A stretch of DNA of 64,000 nt from Tubiluchus corallicola (GCA_030141605.1 JAQGDQ010000323.1:62001-126000), one strand, 5' to 3'. Shown: positions 26,701 through 39,175, numbered from the stretch's first letter. Numbers and translations are program-made. The notes: a model not told the origin generated them from the sequence alone.

Positions 26701-28341
26701 TTCTGCCTTGCGGCAATCATTACATCATTAATTTCATTTGGCTCAACATTAAAATATCCATTACCATAAATATACGAAACAACAACATTATCATAAAACA
26801 AATATTATTGTAAAATAAATGAAACAGTCACCTATTTCTTGTGCATACAGTACATTGTTACCTTAAATTATATTTACACCTGTAGCAATACCATTTATTA
26901 ATTATCTTATTAGAGTAACTGACATACTAGGGTAATAGATCTTACTATGTTTAAATAGATTAAGCGGGCAGCAAACCCAAAACCTAAAATTAAATAACAC
27001 ATTATAAAGACTAGGAAACCGGCTGTCGCTCGAAGTCATCATTGAATTGTCTTACTGCACTTGGAATAAAAGAATTCAGAAATCTATTAGTTTCACAAAT
27101 AAGACTTTTATACCTGTCATATATCAAATTTTCAAAATTTGATGCACGAAGGCGGAATGGGTCATTTAGAATTCACTTAAACTTTCAGTTGTTTTTGTTT
27201 CTATAAATCTCCTTTCTACATCATTTATTTTCTGCACAAATGATGACAAAAATGTTGCACCCTAGACAGTTTTTGCAAATCAATCACTTTATTGCCAGGT
27301 TATGATCGTAAATGTTGTTATGTTATAAATATGGACTTCAACAATGGCTGTTGAACTTAAACAGATAAAAAATAAATGCCTTAAAATTATTTGAAATTAA
27401 ACACTCATTGTAAAAAAATAAAAAAAGACTATAGGACCATTCAAAAGATTCATCTTCTTTATAAATACTTTTTGCTATAAAAAGCTAACCAAATGAAGAG
27501 AATCTAAGATATGGTACAGAATTGTTTGAAAAAATGAATAACTAATGAGAGAGCTTTTTGATACACAGCATTTACCAATGCACACATCGCTTAAATTCAT
27601 TACCATCAATAAGTACCAAAGTAGTGATATGCAAAAGGTTTACACAGCTCATTATCAGTCACAATAAATATTTTGGTTGATGAACTTACAATGTAAGTAG
27701 TTAGGGTTTGCCAAGCATTGCACAAACTCGAGCTCTATTTGGAAACGAAGCCGCTCCTCTTGCTCTGAAATAATGTACACAAGAATAAAGGCTAGTGCTG
27801 CAACTAGGGTGGTGACGTGAGATGCACACAACACACATGTGTGCATTCTCCAAAAGCATTGGCAACTGATTAAATATGTAAAACTTACACGAAGATATGA
27901 GGAAGAAAATATACATATACATATATTACATCTGTGCGAGAAAAAGGGTAGCAAAAGATCATTTCTCCAGAAGAATATGAACATGATTGATAGTAAACTT
28001 GATCGATAAACAGTAAAATTGATACATTAATATTTAATAATATTATTAATAATTTTTGAATAATAATATTTATAATAGTTTTACAAAATACAATAATGGC
28101 TAATGCATCTTTGGATACTTCTATCACGAAATCGATTATTTTTACATATTTTCTTTTACGTTGTAATTTCAACTATTGTGATTTAACACTGTGGTATTAA
28201 CAGAGACAGTGAATCGATTTGTCAAGCTCATCGACTAAACAGTGAACTGAAAAAATTACTTAAACTTAAGTTAAGGCCTATTAAGTATTATATATATTTA
28301 TAGTAAAGAAAAGTAGTACCAAGATAAGCTCGACCAGCCAT
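23748..28341 (-). CDS. MED31: Mediator of RNA polymerase II transcription subunit 31 (SOH1 family), 145 aa
   Basis: Exons 28320-28341 (MAGRAYL), 27690-27764 (EQEERLRFQIELEFVQCLANPNYLH), 25346-25442 (FLAQRGYFKEAAFINYLSYLQYWKEPVYAKYLK) and 23748-23991 (YPHALHYLDLLQYETFRKE...QWQHYTRKRMRL + Q-rich tail). All introns are GT-AG and phases are consistent (438 nt). Confidence 0.97.
24281..25106. mobile_element. hAT-like non-autonomous element in MED31 intron 3
   Basis: TIRs TAGGACTGTAACGA / TCGTCACAGGGCTA, with ACGAT subterminal repeats. Confidence 0.6.
25477..25905. mobile_element. hAT-like MITE in MED31 intron 2
   Basis: Perfect 11-bp TIR CAGGGCTCGTA / TACGAGCCCTG with many TATAGGA subterminal repeats; no clear TSD. 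Confidence 0.75.
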
Positions 28342-28692
28342 TGTCTTGTTTATAGGAGTGCGTTCATTAGCATCATTATTGTTAACAATTTTTTCCTACA
28401 ATAACGTAAGAATTCTTTTTTCTAACTTGTAAAATTTTACACAACCGTTAAAAGGATAATAATGTATTATAAATGTACCATAAGTCTATAGCTCACGTAC
28501 TGCATCACCTGACAACACAACCTGAGCTACGATAGGTAATCGATCTAACTTCTGGCTCACCATTTCCGGTTTCTCTAATTATTTATATTGTGATTTTGTG
28601 CGTGTTTTATTTCTTAAGGAAAATTTAAATTTGTGGTATTTACTACATCGATTTATTTAGAAGAAAATTTCACTCGCTTCAATTTGTTTAAT
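28342..28692. promoter_or_regulatory. Bidirectional promoter region shared by MED31 and LIN7
   Basis: Only 351 bp separate the divergent ATGs. An ETS-like CATTTCCGGT (ACCGGAAATG) sits at 28561-28570. Confidence 0.75.
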
Positions 28693-31600
28693 ATGGCAGC
28701 TATTATTGCAGAGCCGTTAACATTAGAAAGAGGTAAAAATTGTTATGTCTGCATTTGATAATTACTTAAACGTGCGTGTAGCTTACAAATTACAATAATA
28801 TTATAATTACAAGGTATGGCAGACGCGCCACTTTTACTGCAATAACCTGGTGTATAACTATGCTAATGGATGTCCAATATAGACTGTTATTGTAATAGTA
28901 ATAGTAAATTTATTTATAAAAATAGTAATTATCTATACTATAGTATAGTATAAACTCAATACAATACATCAATTACGTTTATACCTAGTATTACTATGGA
29001 CGTAAATTTTTATGTATAAAATTTTTCTCACAAATTTATTTAAACTATAAACCTGCTGCAGTATGAAAATCAGTTTTAAATTTAGCATAATAAGACATAA
29101 GAACTTTTATTTCACACATAATCAAGGTATACAGTTTGTAGTCAGTTGACGAATAAATATTTAAATAGGGAACAACCATATGGCCTTTTACTCTCTTCTC
29201 CTATATAAAGTGAAATAAATAATTTTAATCAGCGTTGTAGACAATAATATAAAGTTTTATTTTTTGCGAGTACAATATAATGGTGTTGTTTTTTTAATTT
29301 TAGTTTTTACTCAGTTACTCCTTTAATCAAATTTTAGGTAATATAGAAGCCTGAATTACAAATAGAAAATAAAATGATTATACTAATTTGTAAAACAGGG
29401 AACTCGCGAATTTTCTTGAATAAAGTAGAGTAAAAAAACATTTACACGTGTTTGATCTTAATGACATCACCTTCTCATGTCGAGCAAAATTTGCAAATTA
29501 TTATCTTTGAACTTCTAGCAGTCTATATTCCACTGAATGCTATATTCTGTCTATATTCCACTGAATATTCCGCAGCTAGTGTAACTGTTAATTAATAACT
29601 AAACTTGTAAAATGTTAGTTTTAATAAATTTTGGTTTAGCTCGGATTTGGACTTATAGTTTTAATTCGCCATTATTTTTACTACATGCAATAATGACTAT
29701 TGTTAGCAACTAAACGGTATAATTTTTAGTTAATTATTACAGTATTGACTGAATGTTTGGTGCAGAATAAGTGATAATGAATTGTTTTTTTCTAAAAAAA
29801 TATGCAGTGTGTTACTAAAATAGTAAGACTATGTTAAAAACAATAAAGTTTTGTAAATTGTGTGTGAACAAGAAAATGGTGTAAGTAAATTTTGTTTTGT
29901 CATCAAATTTCCTAAGCCACTGACTGAAAATCGTTTCTACCTTCTATTTAGCCTCTTTCTTAAGGCTCCTTTATTTTATTGCAGTGATGTGTAATTCATT
30001 ACTGTATACAGGCTGATGCCCCTAAAGCAAAGTCCAGCCTTGGTGTCCCTAATTTTACCAGAGCCCGTACATTGTGAAAATTTAGAATGCTAGCTATGGC
30101 CTATGAATCACTTCAGAATTTTACGCTTTTCCAAATGCAGCGATTGGCTTCCGTATTATTTATTTGTACTTTCTTATATACTTCCGTATATTTATTGAGT
30201 AAGATATAATTATGTAACTGACTTGTGGTGCTGGCTGTTGAAAACTGTGATGGTCAAAACAATAATTGCCCCCACAATATTTTTTCATATTTTTTGCAAT
30301 AGGATTGAAACAAAAATAAGAAAAACACATAAACTGTAAAGCTGAAATAAAAAAGCAGTTGGATAGGTCTTACAGTATACAGCATATGTACATCTTGTGC
30401 ATATATCTATGTACGTAATTGTAAAAGTTGGTGTTTTTCTCTAATAAGCTAAACTAAATAGCAGACTTACGATGTTGTAAAGGGCCGACATATTGCATAT
30501 AATATACCATACGACATCCATACATTACCTGTTGACTTATATTGCCTGTTTAGCACTCTTTATAATCTATACAAAAAATCTAAAATCTAATCACATCAAT
30601 ATATTGCAATAATTAATAGTGCAAAAATAACTTAGTGCAATAAATGATTGTGTGTAAAATATTGGCATGCGTTAATATTGTCCAAGCTGCTGCGGTGCCT
30701 ACGTTCCCTTGGTTCCTTAACCCCATACTTATTACACTTAGTTGTTAATCCAGGGCTGGCTGTATACTCGAGATTAACAACACCTTTGCCTCTTTTTCTT
30801 GCAGATGTACAGCGAGCGATAGAGCTGCTTGATAAGCTTCAACGCACTGGTGACATTCCCGCTCAAAAACTAGCTGCCTTGCAAAAAGTGTTGCAGTCCG
30901 AGTTTTGTACGGCTGTTCGGGAAGTTTACGAACACGTTTACGAGACTGTTGACGTCCAGGGCACGCCCGAGGTGCGAGCCAGCGCTACAGCTAAGGTATA
31001 CATTCTTATCCAGACCTCTCAACCCCCGGCAGACAGCAATCCTGGATTTTAAATTGCAATGCAAATATGAAATCATATTATGATCAGTATGGCACTGATA
31101 CTTTTTCTCGACAAAATGAAACTCATGTAGTTAAACATTAAAGTGGTTTTCTAATAACTTTGCTAACGAGCGGAATGCAAGACAACAGAATAACGTCACA
31201 CTTTTGCTAAATTTGTTTGTTGATTCATGTAAAATGACCTTATTAAAGATGTGGCAGCATTTTAAACACTCATAGAGGAAAACTTTTGCATTTTTTGTTT
31301 TATTCAGTTAAACTAGTAAGGCAAAATTTTCTGTTCTGTTTATTTACCATGAAACATTAAGAAGCAAGTCAAAATTGTAAGACTCGCAGTAAAACTATGA
31401 GAGCTGAGAGGACTGCTATTTATTCTGATAGTACTTACAGTGATAGTACTTTACTAAAAATTTTTGTTATTTCACGATCATCATATGGCCATTACGTCTA
31501 TTGTAGACATTGGGCAAGCAGACTTCGAAAATAAATAAAAACTCGAAACAGGTAGACACAGTTAAAAACTAGACACTGCTGTCCCAGTGGCTTGCCAACA

Positions 31601-34600
31601 CCACTTCCGAGCAGGACTTTTTGTTATTTCATCATCACCGTCATCTCTGGAGTTTGTCTCACACGTTTGTCTGACATGACCCTCCTAATCAGTTTACTCC
31701 ATGCTACCCTGTCATCCACAACCTCCCATGTTTCTGTATTTTTGGTATCTAATGGTGTGTTGATACTTTTGGATAAAATTGATGTAAATTCTGCCCTCCT
31801 TGCGGTTTCTTTTCTTTCTGCAGTGTTTCTTTGAAAGCTAATTTTAATGGCCTTTCATCTGGCAGTCGTGTAACACGTCCATCTATCTTAATCTTCTTTT
31901 GATTTTAATTGTTGATTCCTCTGCCTTGACTTTACTTGACGTCAGTCAGGGTATCGACGGGATCGCAGTACCATTGATGGTATTTTTACGATTCGTCAGC
32001 TGATGGAGAAAACGAGAGAGCATAGAACATCAATGCATATTGCCTTTATCGACTTTACAAAGGCATTTGACAGTGTCAATCGCGAACTGCTGTACAAGGT
32101 GCTTTCAAAGTGTGGATGCCCGGATCGATTTACAAGTATGGTAAAAGCTCTGCACACTGATATGCTAGCGCGTCTCTCTGTCAATGGCCAGCTTAGTGAT
32201 CCTGTAGAATACAACAGCGGTGTGAAACAAGGCTGCAAGTTAGCTCCATCTCTTTTCGGACTTTTCGCTGCAGTCCTTTTGCAGGTAGCCTCCGGCAGAC
32301 TTGGCTCGACGAAGAGCATTCATGTTCGATTCAGATATGATGGAGACATTTTTGACCTACGTCGACTCAAAGCAAGGACGAAGACACGAATGATGTTCCT
32401 GCGTGAAGCGCAATATGCCGATGACATAGCTATCTTCTCTGACAATCCGGAAGACCTTCAGGATCTCATCGACATTTACAATGAAACTGCAAAGAGAATG
32501 GGACTGCGCATTAACAAAAGGAAGACTGAGACAATGAGTGTCGGCTCTAGCGACAGTGTCAATTTTACCATTGACGGAGAACAGCTTGGAAGTGTGCAAC
32601 GGTTCAAATATCTCGGAAGTTACATCTGCTCAGATACTCGATTGGATACTGAGCTTCATGCAAGAATTAATGCTGCAGCCAGCTCTTTCGGCCGTATGAG
32701 GAAACGTGTCTTCGATAACCATGACCTTACCATCGCCACTAAACTGCAGGTGTACAAGCAATGCATCATTCCACAGCTTACCTATGGTCAGGAAACGTGG
32801 ACGCTCTATCAAGATCAGGTCAGGTCTCTTCGTGCGGTTCAGCAGAGACATCTGCGTCACATCCTTCGTATTCGCTGGGACGACTATGTGCCAAATGAAG
32901 ACGTGCTGGCTCGTGCCAAGATGGAAGATATCGAGGTTACGCTTACTAAGGCTCAACTTCGGTGGTTTGGGCATGTGGTCAGAATGAACGATAAGAGACC
33001 GACAAAGGCCCTTCTTCATGGAGAACTAACCAGTGGCTCTCGCAGTGTTGGTTGTCCTCTCCTTCGCTTCAAGGACAAGGTGAAGTTCTCTCTGAGGAAA
33101 GGTGGAAAGTTGGACATGTTGCCTTTCGCAGTTCACGACCGTCCTGCATGGAGATCCCTAGTCAACAACTGTGCCGAAAAACTCGATGAAGAAAGACGGA
33201 TGCTTGGATACGCAAGAAGGTTCAAGTCGTGGATAAGAGATGGTTTCATGGACATCTGACTCGCACTGATTTAGCCGTATCGGCTTCGACGTTGTACTGC
33301 CTTGACTTTATTATGTAGATCCTGGTTTGATATTTTCTTTGGCCATTTTATTCCTAGAATATTCCTGTAGTTTCTTTGTTAAAATGCATCAATTTCTGAT
33401 TTTGTTTTTTGTACATTTTCTACAATCAGCAAGAAGAGAAATCTTTGTTTTCTAAAACCAGAGTTCAATCTACCACATACTGTTATTGAGAGTAGGTTAA
33501 CCCTAGTTAGTGTTTTAGTGACATGCATGACTTTATCTTCTGAACCTTGTAATGAGAAAAATAGATAAATATATAAAGCATCTTTTCATTTTATTTTTCA
33601 CCATTGTTTCAAGTTTAGGATTGTTCTCCAAGCTAGAATTTAGGAAAATTTATATGTCTGGAATGTTTGTTCCTCTGGACAGAGCTGTTTTGTTTTTCCA
33701 GTGATCTGGATGAAGTTTTGCACTAGTGCCATCAACTTACACTTCCTCTCTTTGTTTTTGTCTGTCATAGTTGCAATAATTTATCATTGTTAATTCAATT
33801 TAAAGGCAATATAGAGTGATAATGGACGTGATGATGGCCTTAAGTTATGGCCATCTTAGTGCATTGACATTTGTTTTGTTACTGTAGGCAACTGTTGCAG
33901 CATTCGCAGCCAGCGAGGGTTATGCACACCCGCGTGTCGTGGAATTACCCAAAACCGACGAAGGCCTCGGATTCAACATCATGGGTGGCAAGGAGCAGAA
34001 TTCCCCCATTTACATTTCTCGGATCATTCCTGGTGGGGTGTCGGATCGCCATGGAGGACTGAAACGGGGAGATCAGTTGCTGTCGGTTAATGGTGTGGTA
34101 AGTTTCGTCGGAAGAAGTTTACAATTCCCCGCACAATTTAAATACTATAACCCTAAATCTAAACCCCAACCCTAGTCCTAGCCCTAACCCAAACCCTGAA
34201 ACCTAATCCTAATCCTAACCCTAATCCTAATCCACTGCACTAACTAATTTTTTTGGGTGTGGAAGTTGTAAACTTTAGCCGTTTTGTCTTACTGTTGTTT
34301 AAAGCAAACAAGCTGGGTGTGTTTAATAATCCTTATTTAATGCTGGCTGTTTATTTAAACGGGAATGTCTCAAAAAACTTTCCGTAGCAAGTTATACTAC
34401 TTAGCATTACCCTTACCTCTTTGAAAAGACTTACGTAATTGGAAAAGAAAATTCTTAGTAATTTAAAATACTCTCACCACCTGGTTGAATGCCACTGACT
34501 TATCTTCCCAGTGTGCACCACTGATTCACCAAAAATATAATTATTAATCTTATTGACAAGATACTTTTGCTTAGTGAAGAGTGCGCTACGAATATTCTGA

Positions 34601-36056
34601 TTAGCTTTTCAAATTTAGCGCAGTATTACCTAAACTTGTTACAAGTGCGTTTCTGTTAAAATGACTGCACCTAATGGTCATCGTGAACATTTAAATTTAA
34701 AACTTTTACACAGCATTGCTGTAAATACAAACTCTGTATGCTCGGTAATATAGGTGATACAAAAATTCCAAGACGAGTTTTTTAGCTAGTAAAGGGTTTT
34801 CTTTTTTCCAATAAACATGAACTTGCAACGAAGCCATCGATTTGAACCTTTGGCTTCCCGCTTCCATTCCAACTATTCCAATACTGCGTAAAGTATGATA
34901 AGTTTTTATATGCTTCTGTTGTTCAATTTCTTAAATGCACAATCTTCTTCTTAAAGCGTAACTGGTTAAAAAGCAGCAGGTCTTATCATTCAAAAGTAAT
35001 AATTAGCTTTGCTGTTTGTATTTTTGCAGAGTGTGGAAGGCGAGCACCATGAGAAAGCTGTCGAATTACTAAAAGCAGCAAAAGGTGAATATTACTTGAT
35101 GTTTTTATATATTGATGTAATATTGGTGTCGAGAGTGTGATTACTAAATGCTGTTTGATTGTGTTACGGTCTTAATTACGGTGTAGAAATCAGTGTTTCG
35201 TATTCTTTATAAGTTGAGGGAGGGATTTCTTTCTGGCACACAGCAATGATTCAGTGGCAGGGCTTAATTAACGTAGTAACAATGTAATAATTTCATTGTC
35301 CAGGGATAAGACCTAAAGTAACTCAGTACTTAGTATTATTTCCAATGTGGCCCGGAATATTATTACCCGGTTATTGCTTCGATAAGCCCGCGTGCTTAGT
35401 CAATGAAGCAGGGATGCCAAGTTTAAGTCTTTGGTATGACTCACTCAGGAGTTGAATCTGTGATTTCCCGGATGGGAAGTGATCACGCTACCCTTGATTT
35501 ATACTCACCGCCTGTGACTTCCGGAGTGGGAAGCGAGCACGCTAGCCTTAAGTTATACCCACTGACTGTCACTTCCCCGAGTGGGAAGCGAGCACGCCAC
35601 CTGTTTTGATTATGGCTTGCCTGTTGTTTCACAATGCAAATTTAACCATCTAGCAACCATGTAAACGTAACATCACTGTGAGCTTGTGCACAGTGACATT
35701 CTGCATCAGCTTGTATTTTTGTGAAATGACACACTGAACCAGCAGAAGTATCTTATCCATAACTTGTGGCAATATATCAATATGTTAAATGAAACCACCA
35801 TGAGTACCCATCCAGTTACTGGCCGCACTACGACAAGCACCTGATCCTCGTGCCAAAAAATGCACAATCAAAGGTTGTTTCATCTTGAACATTATTTGCA
35901 TTTGTGACTTGTATTTTTCCTACATGTCTGTGTTCATTAGTAATCTTTATTTACAAAGGTTCGATCAAGCTTGTGGTTCGCTACACGCCTAAAATTCTCG
36001 AAGAAATGGAGGCAAGATTTAGCCGACAGTTTCAGCGTCGACGTCCTACATCGTGA
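28693..36056 (+). CDS. LIN7: Protein lin-7 homolog (Veli/MALS; L27 + PDZ domains), 197 aa
   Basis: Exons 28693-28732 ([13 protein letters not shown]), 30805-30995 (DVQRAIELL...SATAK), 33888-34097 ([11 protein letters not shown]...[25 protein letters not shown]...NGV), 35030-35084 ([18 protein letters not shown]) and 35959-36056 ([21 protein letters not shown]...*). Total 594 nt with consistent phases. Confidence 0.97.
31475..33545 (-). mobile_element. Old, degenerate RTE-type LINE 3' part, interrupted by a younger RTE
   Basis: Minus strand reads [23 protein letters not shown] | insertion | ...[15 protein letters not shown]...[10 protein letters not shown]. Its 3' end (GTCTATTGTAGACATTGGGCA) recurs at ~12650-12700. 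Confidence 0.75.
31935..33296 (+). mobile_element. 5'-truncated young RTE-clade LINE (RT domain and C-terminus, intact ORF to stop at 33259)
   Basis: [45 protein letters not shown] and [11 protein letters not shown] are present. A 14-bp TSD CTGCCTTGACTTTA lies at 31921-31934 and 33297-33310. Confidence 0.95.
34107..34281. mobile_element. Small element with inverted repeats enclosing a degenerate (CCCTAA)n tract
   Basis: AAGTTTACAATTCCCCGCAC ... GTGTGGAAGTTGTAAACTTT is an inverted pair around CCTAAT/CCCTAA hexamers at 34150-34230. Confidence 0.6.
35330..35601 (-). mobile_element. tRNA-derived SINE with a triplicated head and a Meta-domain-like body
   Basis: Three copies of GTAGCGTGCTCGCTTCCCACTC.GG are followed by a B-box-like GATTCAACTCC and then GTCATACCAAAGACTTAAACTTGGCATCCCTGCTTC..CTAAGCACGC. 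Confidence 0.6.
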
Positions 36057-36711
36057 ATCGCTCGAAACATTCTCTCTCTGCCACTTTCCTGCGCATTTTA
36101 GTCCTCGTACATTCCACATAATCAATTTTTTAGGTTAGTGATATTGAAACTTAATGTTTATTCTTTTTATTGTATACAAAGTATTTTATCAGCATCTTTG
36201 TTATTTTGGTGCAGAAAGTTTTTTTAAGAGATTTCGCCAATTTCAGATAAGCAGGGATCGTGAAACAATTGTGGTTTCTATTTTTTTAAGCAAAGTAAAT
36301 TACTAAATATTTTATGTACTTTTTCTGCTTCGTTGTGATGGCTAATCGATGTCAACTATGTAGAACTAATTTCATATATACGAGAATGACTGTATTGTGG
36401 TATAGTTTGTGTTGTATTGTAAGCAGAATGTTAGGCTAGTGATTCACTCTCAAGGTTAATTGCAACACGATGTATGTTGATGTGCAAGCAAATTGTTGTC
36501 ATTGTTAGCTGGTATTAATTTTCTAGCATTGTTCTGAAATCTTATTGTTACTTATTAACCTTTTTCATGCAGTAACTAATTATCTAGGCTCATTCTGAAA
36601 TGTTGTTGTTAATTGTTAACCGTTTTCATGCAGTAACTGCAAAACACCAGTACACAAACCTGCATATTTATGATTGCTTATATAAAGTTTATTTTCACAT
36701 CAATCTCATAG

Positions 36712-37215
36712 GGAGACTTGCCAACTCTCATGCATTAGGCGTGTCACATGCATTTTACCTCTTTCACACGTGCGCACACATTAAATTTCTGTTCTCACTC
36801 ATTCCATAACTTCACATGTAAGCTTGCAAATCACCTGGCTTGAACAGCTTCCTTTGCATCAGTACCAACCACAATATAACTAGAGGTGCTTGTAGCATTC
36901 ATGTGTCTAACCATGTATATTTCAAGTGTATTACAATTATTGAAAATTAAGCACATTTAGGTGCTGTTGAGCCTTTGTGTACAAATGAACATATCTTTAC
37001 ATAAAGCATGGTGAACTTCCATAACAGCATAAGAAAGTTTACTGGTACCTTTAAAATTATCCTGTTTTTTATTTTTTTGCCTCAATTTTTTGATAATTTG
37101 ATTTTAATACCAAAAATTTCTGGGACATAATTTGCCCTATCCCTGCCAGGGAAAGACGAGCCCCAAACTTTCTATGTTTCACGCTCATTTTTACCTCAAA
37201 TGGTTAGCAGCTCTG
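36712..37215. mobile_element. hAT-like MITE (degenerate)
   Basis: Ends GAGACTTGCCAACT ... GGTTAGCAGCTCTG resemble CAGAGTTGCCAAC-type TIRs. Confidence 0.4.
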
Positions 37216-37223
37216 CATTGGCC

Positions 37224-37595
37224 TTTCATCGTTTCCCTATCTCTTCAGTGAGTACCCAGGATTTGCAACTTGTACATAAAACACAAAATAATAATGATAT
37301 TAGGATGACAAGTTAACTATTTGAATTTCCGCCTAGGAATTTCTTATTTCAAAACTGAATGCACTTTTACCAAGTTGTATTGCTGCTAACAGGCAACATT
37401 TTCGTTTTTAAAGTCAAATTTTACATCAAATAATTATAAAATGCTTTCAGTTTTAAAATTCAAAATTCCTAGGTGGAAATTCGTGCAATTAATTTCACCT
37501 ATTGATAATCTTAGTATCATTATTATTTTGTTTCATGAACAGATTGCTAATTCTGTGGTTTCAATGAGTCGATAGGGATGAAACACCTATGAGAG
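37224..37595. repeat. Third long foldback (inverted repeat), downstream of the LIN7 stop
   Basis: GAATTTCCGCCTAGGAATTT pairs with AAATTCCTAGGTGGAAATTC; CAAAATAATAATGATATTAGGAT pairs with ATCTTAGTATCATTATTATTTTG. Confidence 0.8.
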
Positions 37596-37609
37596 TGTTG
37601 TGAAAATAA

Positions 37610-37712
37610 ATGTGCAATGTTGTGTCAACAACCATGAATGTGCAATGTTGTGTACAAGCAACCATGAATGTGGCAATGTTGTGTACAAGCAACCATGATG
37701 TGCAATGTTGTG
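37610..37712. repeat. Minisatellite, ~4 x 26-30 bp
   Basis: Unit ATGTGCAATGTTGTGTACAAGCAACCATGA. Confidence 0.85.
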
Positions 37713-39027
37713 TTATTTAAAACACGTTAAGAATTCTACATCACCATTACACTAATATGTTACAGCTTGTTTGTGGAATGGCTATTACTGACCCGATTGG
37801 TACATAAGATTGAACTAAAACTGTTTAACGGATGGGTGTATTTCTAAAGTAACCACACAAATCAGTTTATCAGTGATTTAAGAGTGGTGCCTAAGTCATA
37901 CTATACATGGCAATTGTTAGGCACGCTTCCATAAGAAGCTAATAAATTATGCAACAGAAATAGATACAACAATACCAACAGAAAATTGATCTATATTATA
38001 ATAAATTTTACTGTCTACACACGTAAAACTGTGCTTGTTGCTTATCCATACATACATACATACATATATATAATTCTATAAAATGTATTGTGGTAAGTCT
38101 TCACTTAATATTGATAATGTGTTTTTACAAAAAACATCATAGGTAAAATGTTGCTGAGCAACAACAAAACACTTTCCAAACATAACAAAAATTGATGAGA
38201 ATAAGTTTCCCGAAAAAATCAGTAATGATTAGTTTATGACATGAATCAATTTTTTTTAGTTTTGTCTATGCATTACGATAGACAAAATAATACAGAGACA
38301 ATTTTGCTTATTCATAAATCTTTATTGACAGAAGTTTGTGCAATAAATATTAAATTCATGTTAAACTGTTCTGGACTAGCAAACTAGTTAACTTTCATTT
38401 GTCTATCACATCACCACATTTTTCATCACAGATCATTTTGATGTTACAACAAAGTAATTCACTACATCTGGTCTGTTTACTTACAAATTTTATGCTGAGT
38501 AATATGTAGGATTCAATAATTTAAACATATGAATCAACTACAGCTATTAACAGGAATATTTTACAAGAAGCAAAATTGCACAAATGTAGCAAATAAATTC
38601 TCAATGACAATAAGCCTTTTCACAGTTCCAGTGATTGATGATGATCGTGAAAAGGCCAAAAGTTAAGTGTACCAGACAATGCATTTGACAATGCCTCGCA
38701 GCCTACACTATTGTAATAGTGACAGCTTTAACAGCTAGCTAGAACTTTACCTAGTTCATTTTTTTTGTTCCCAAGCAAGATCCTGCTAGTAAATCACTCT
38801 ACGCATAGACTAATGCATAATTATGTAAAGTCCACGTAAAACAAGCGACGTTACTGAACTAATGCAGCAGATGGATTTGCTTTACTCACGTCACGTGATG
38901 GTTGTAGTTAAGACGCATTGCTGTGGTACATTTAACCTTGCTGCACACGAAAGTTTATTGTTCTAACAATGTGTCGTCGTTTTTTAACACTTTCCAACAT
39001 TCTAAACAAGAATTTTCTTCCACTTTT

Positions 39028-39175
39028 GGGCATGGGCTCAATCAGAAGGAGTGCCCCATCTTTCGGGTGAATTGGAGGCGAGATCAGACCTCTCAACTCA
39101 CGGTTTTACGGTTGTAGCTCATTCTTGTGGTATCGCGGTGCACATTTGCTTGCTCCTGGATGGTAAATAAATAAA
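39028..39175 (+). mobile_element. Short retroposed insertion (SINE or LINE 3' end) with a (TAAA)n tail
   Basis: Flanked by the 17-bp direct repeat AATT(T/C)TCTTCCACTTTT (39011-39027 and 39176-39192); ends TGGTAAATAAATAAA. Confidence 0.65.

Noticed and set aside
31996-33019. Antisense and alternative-frame ORFs in the RTE
   Set aside because: Shadows of the RT reading frame.
34150-34230. Interstitial telomere or chromosome fusion site
   Set aside because: Short, degenerate, single orientation and enclosed by element-like inverted repeats.
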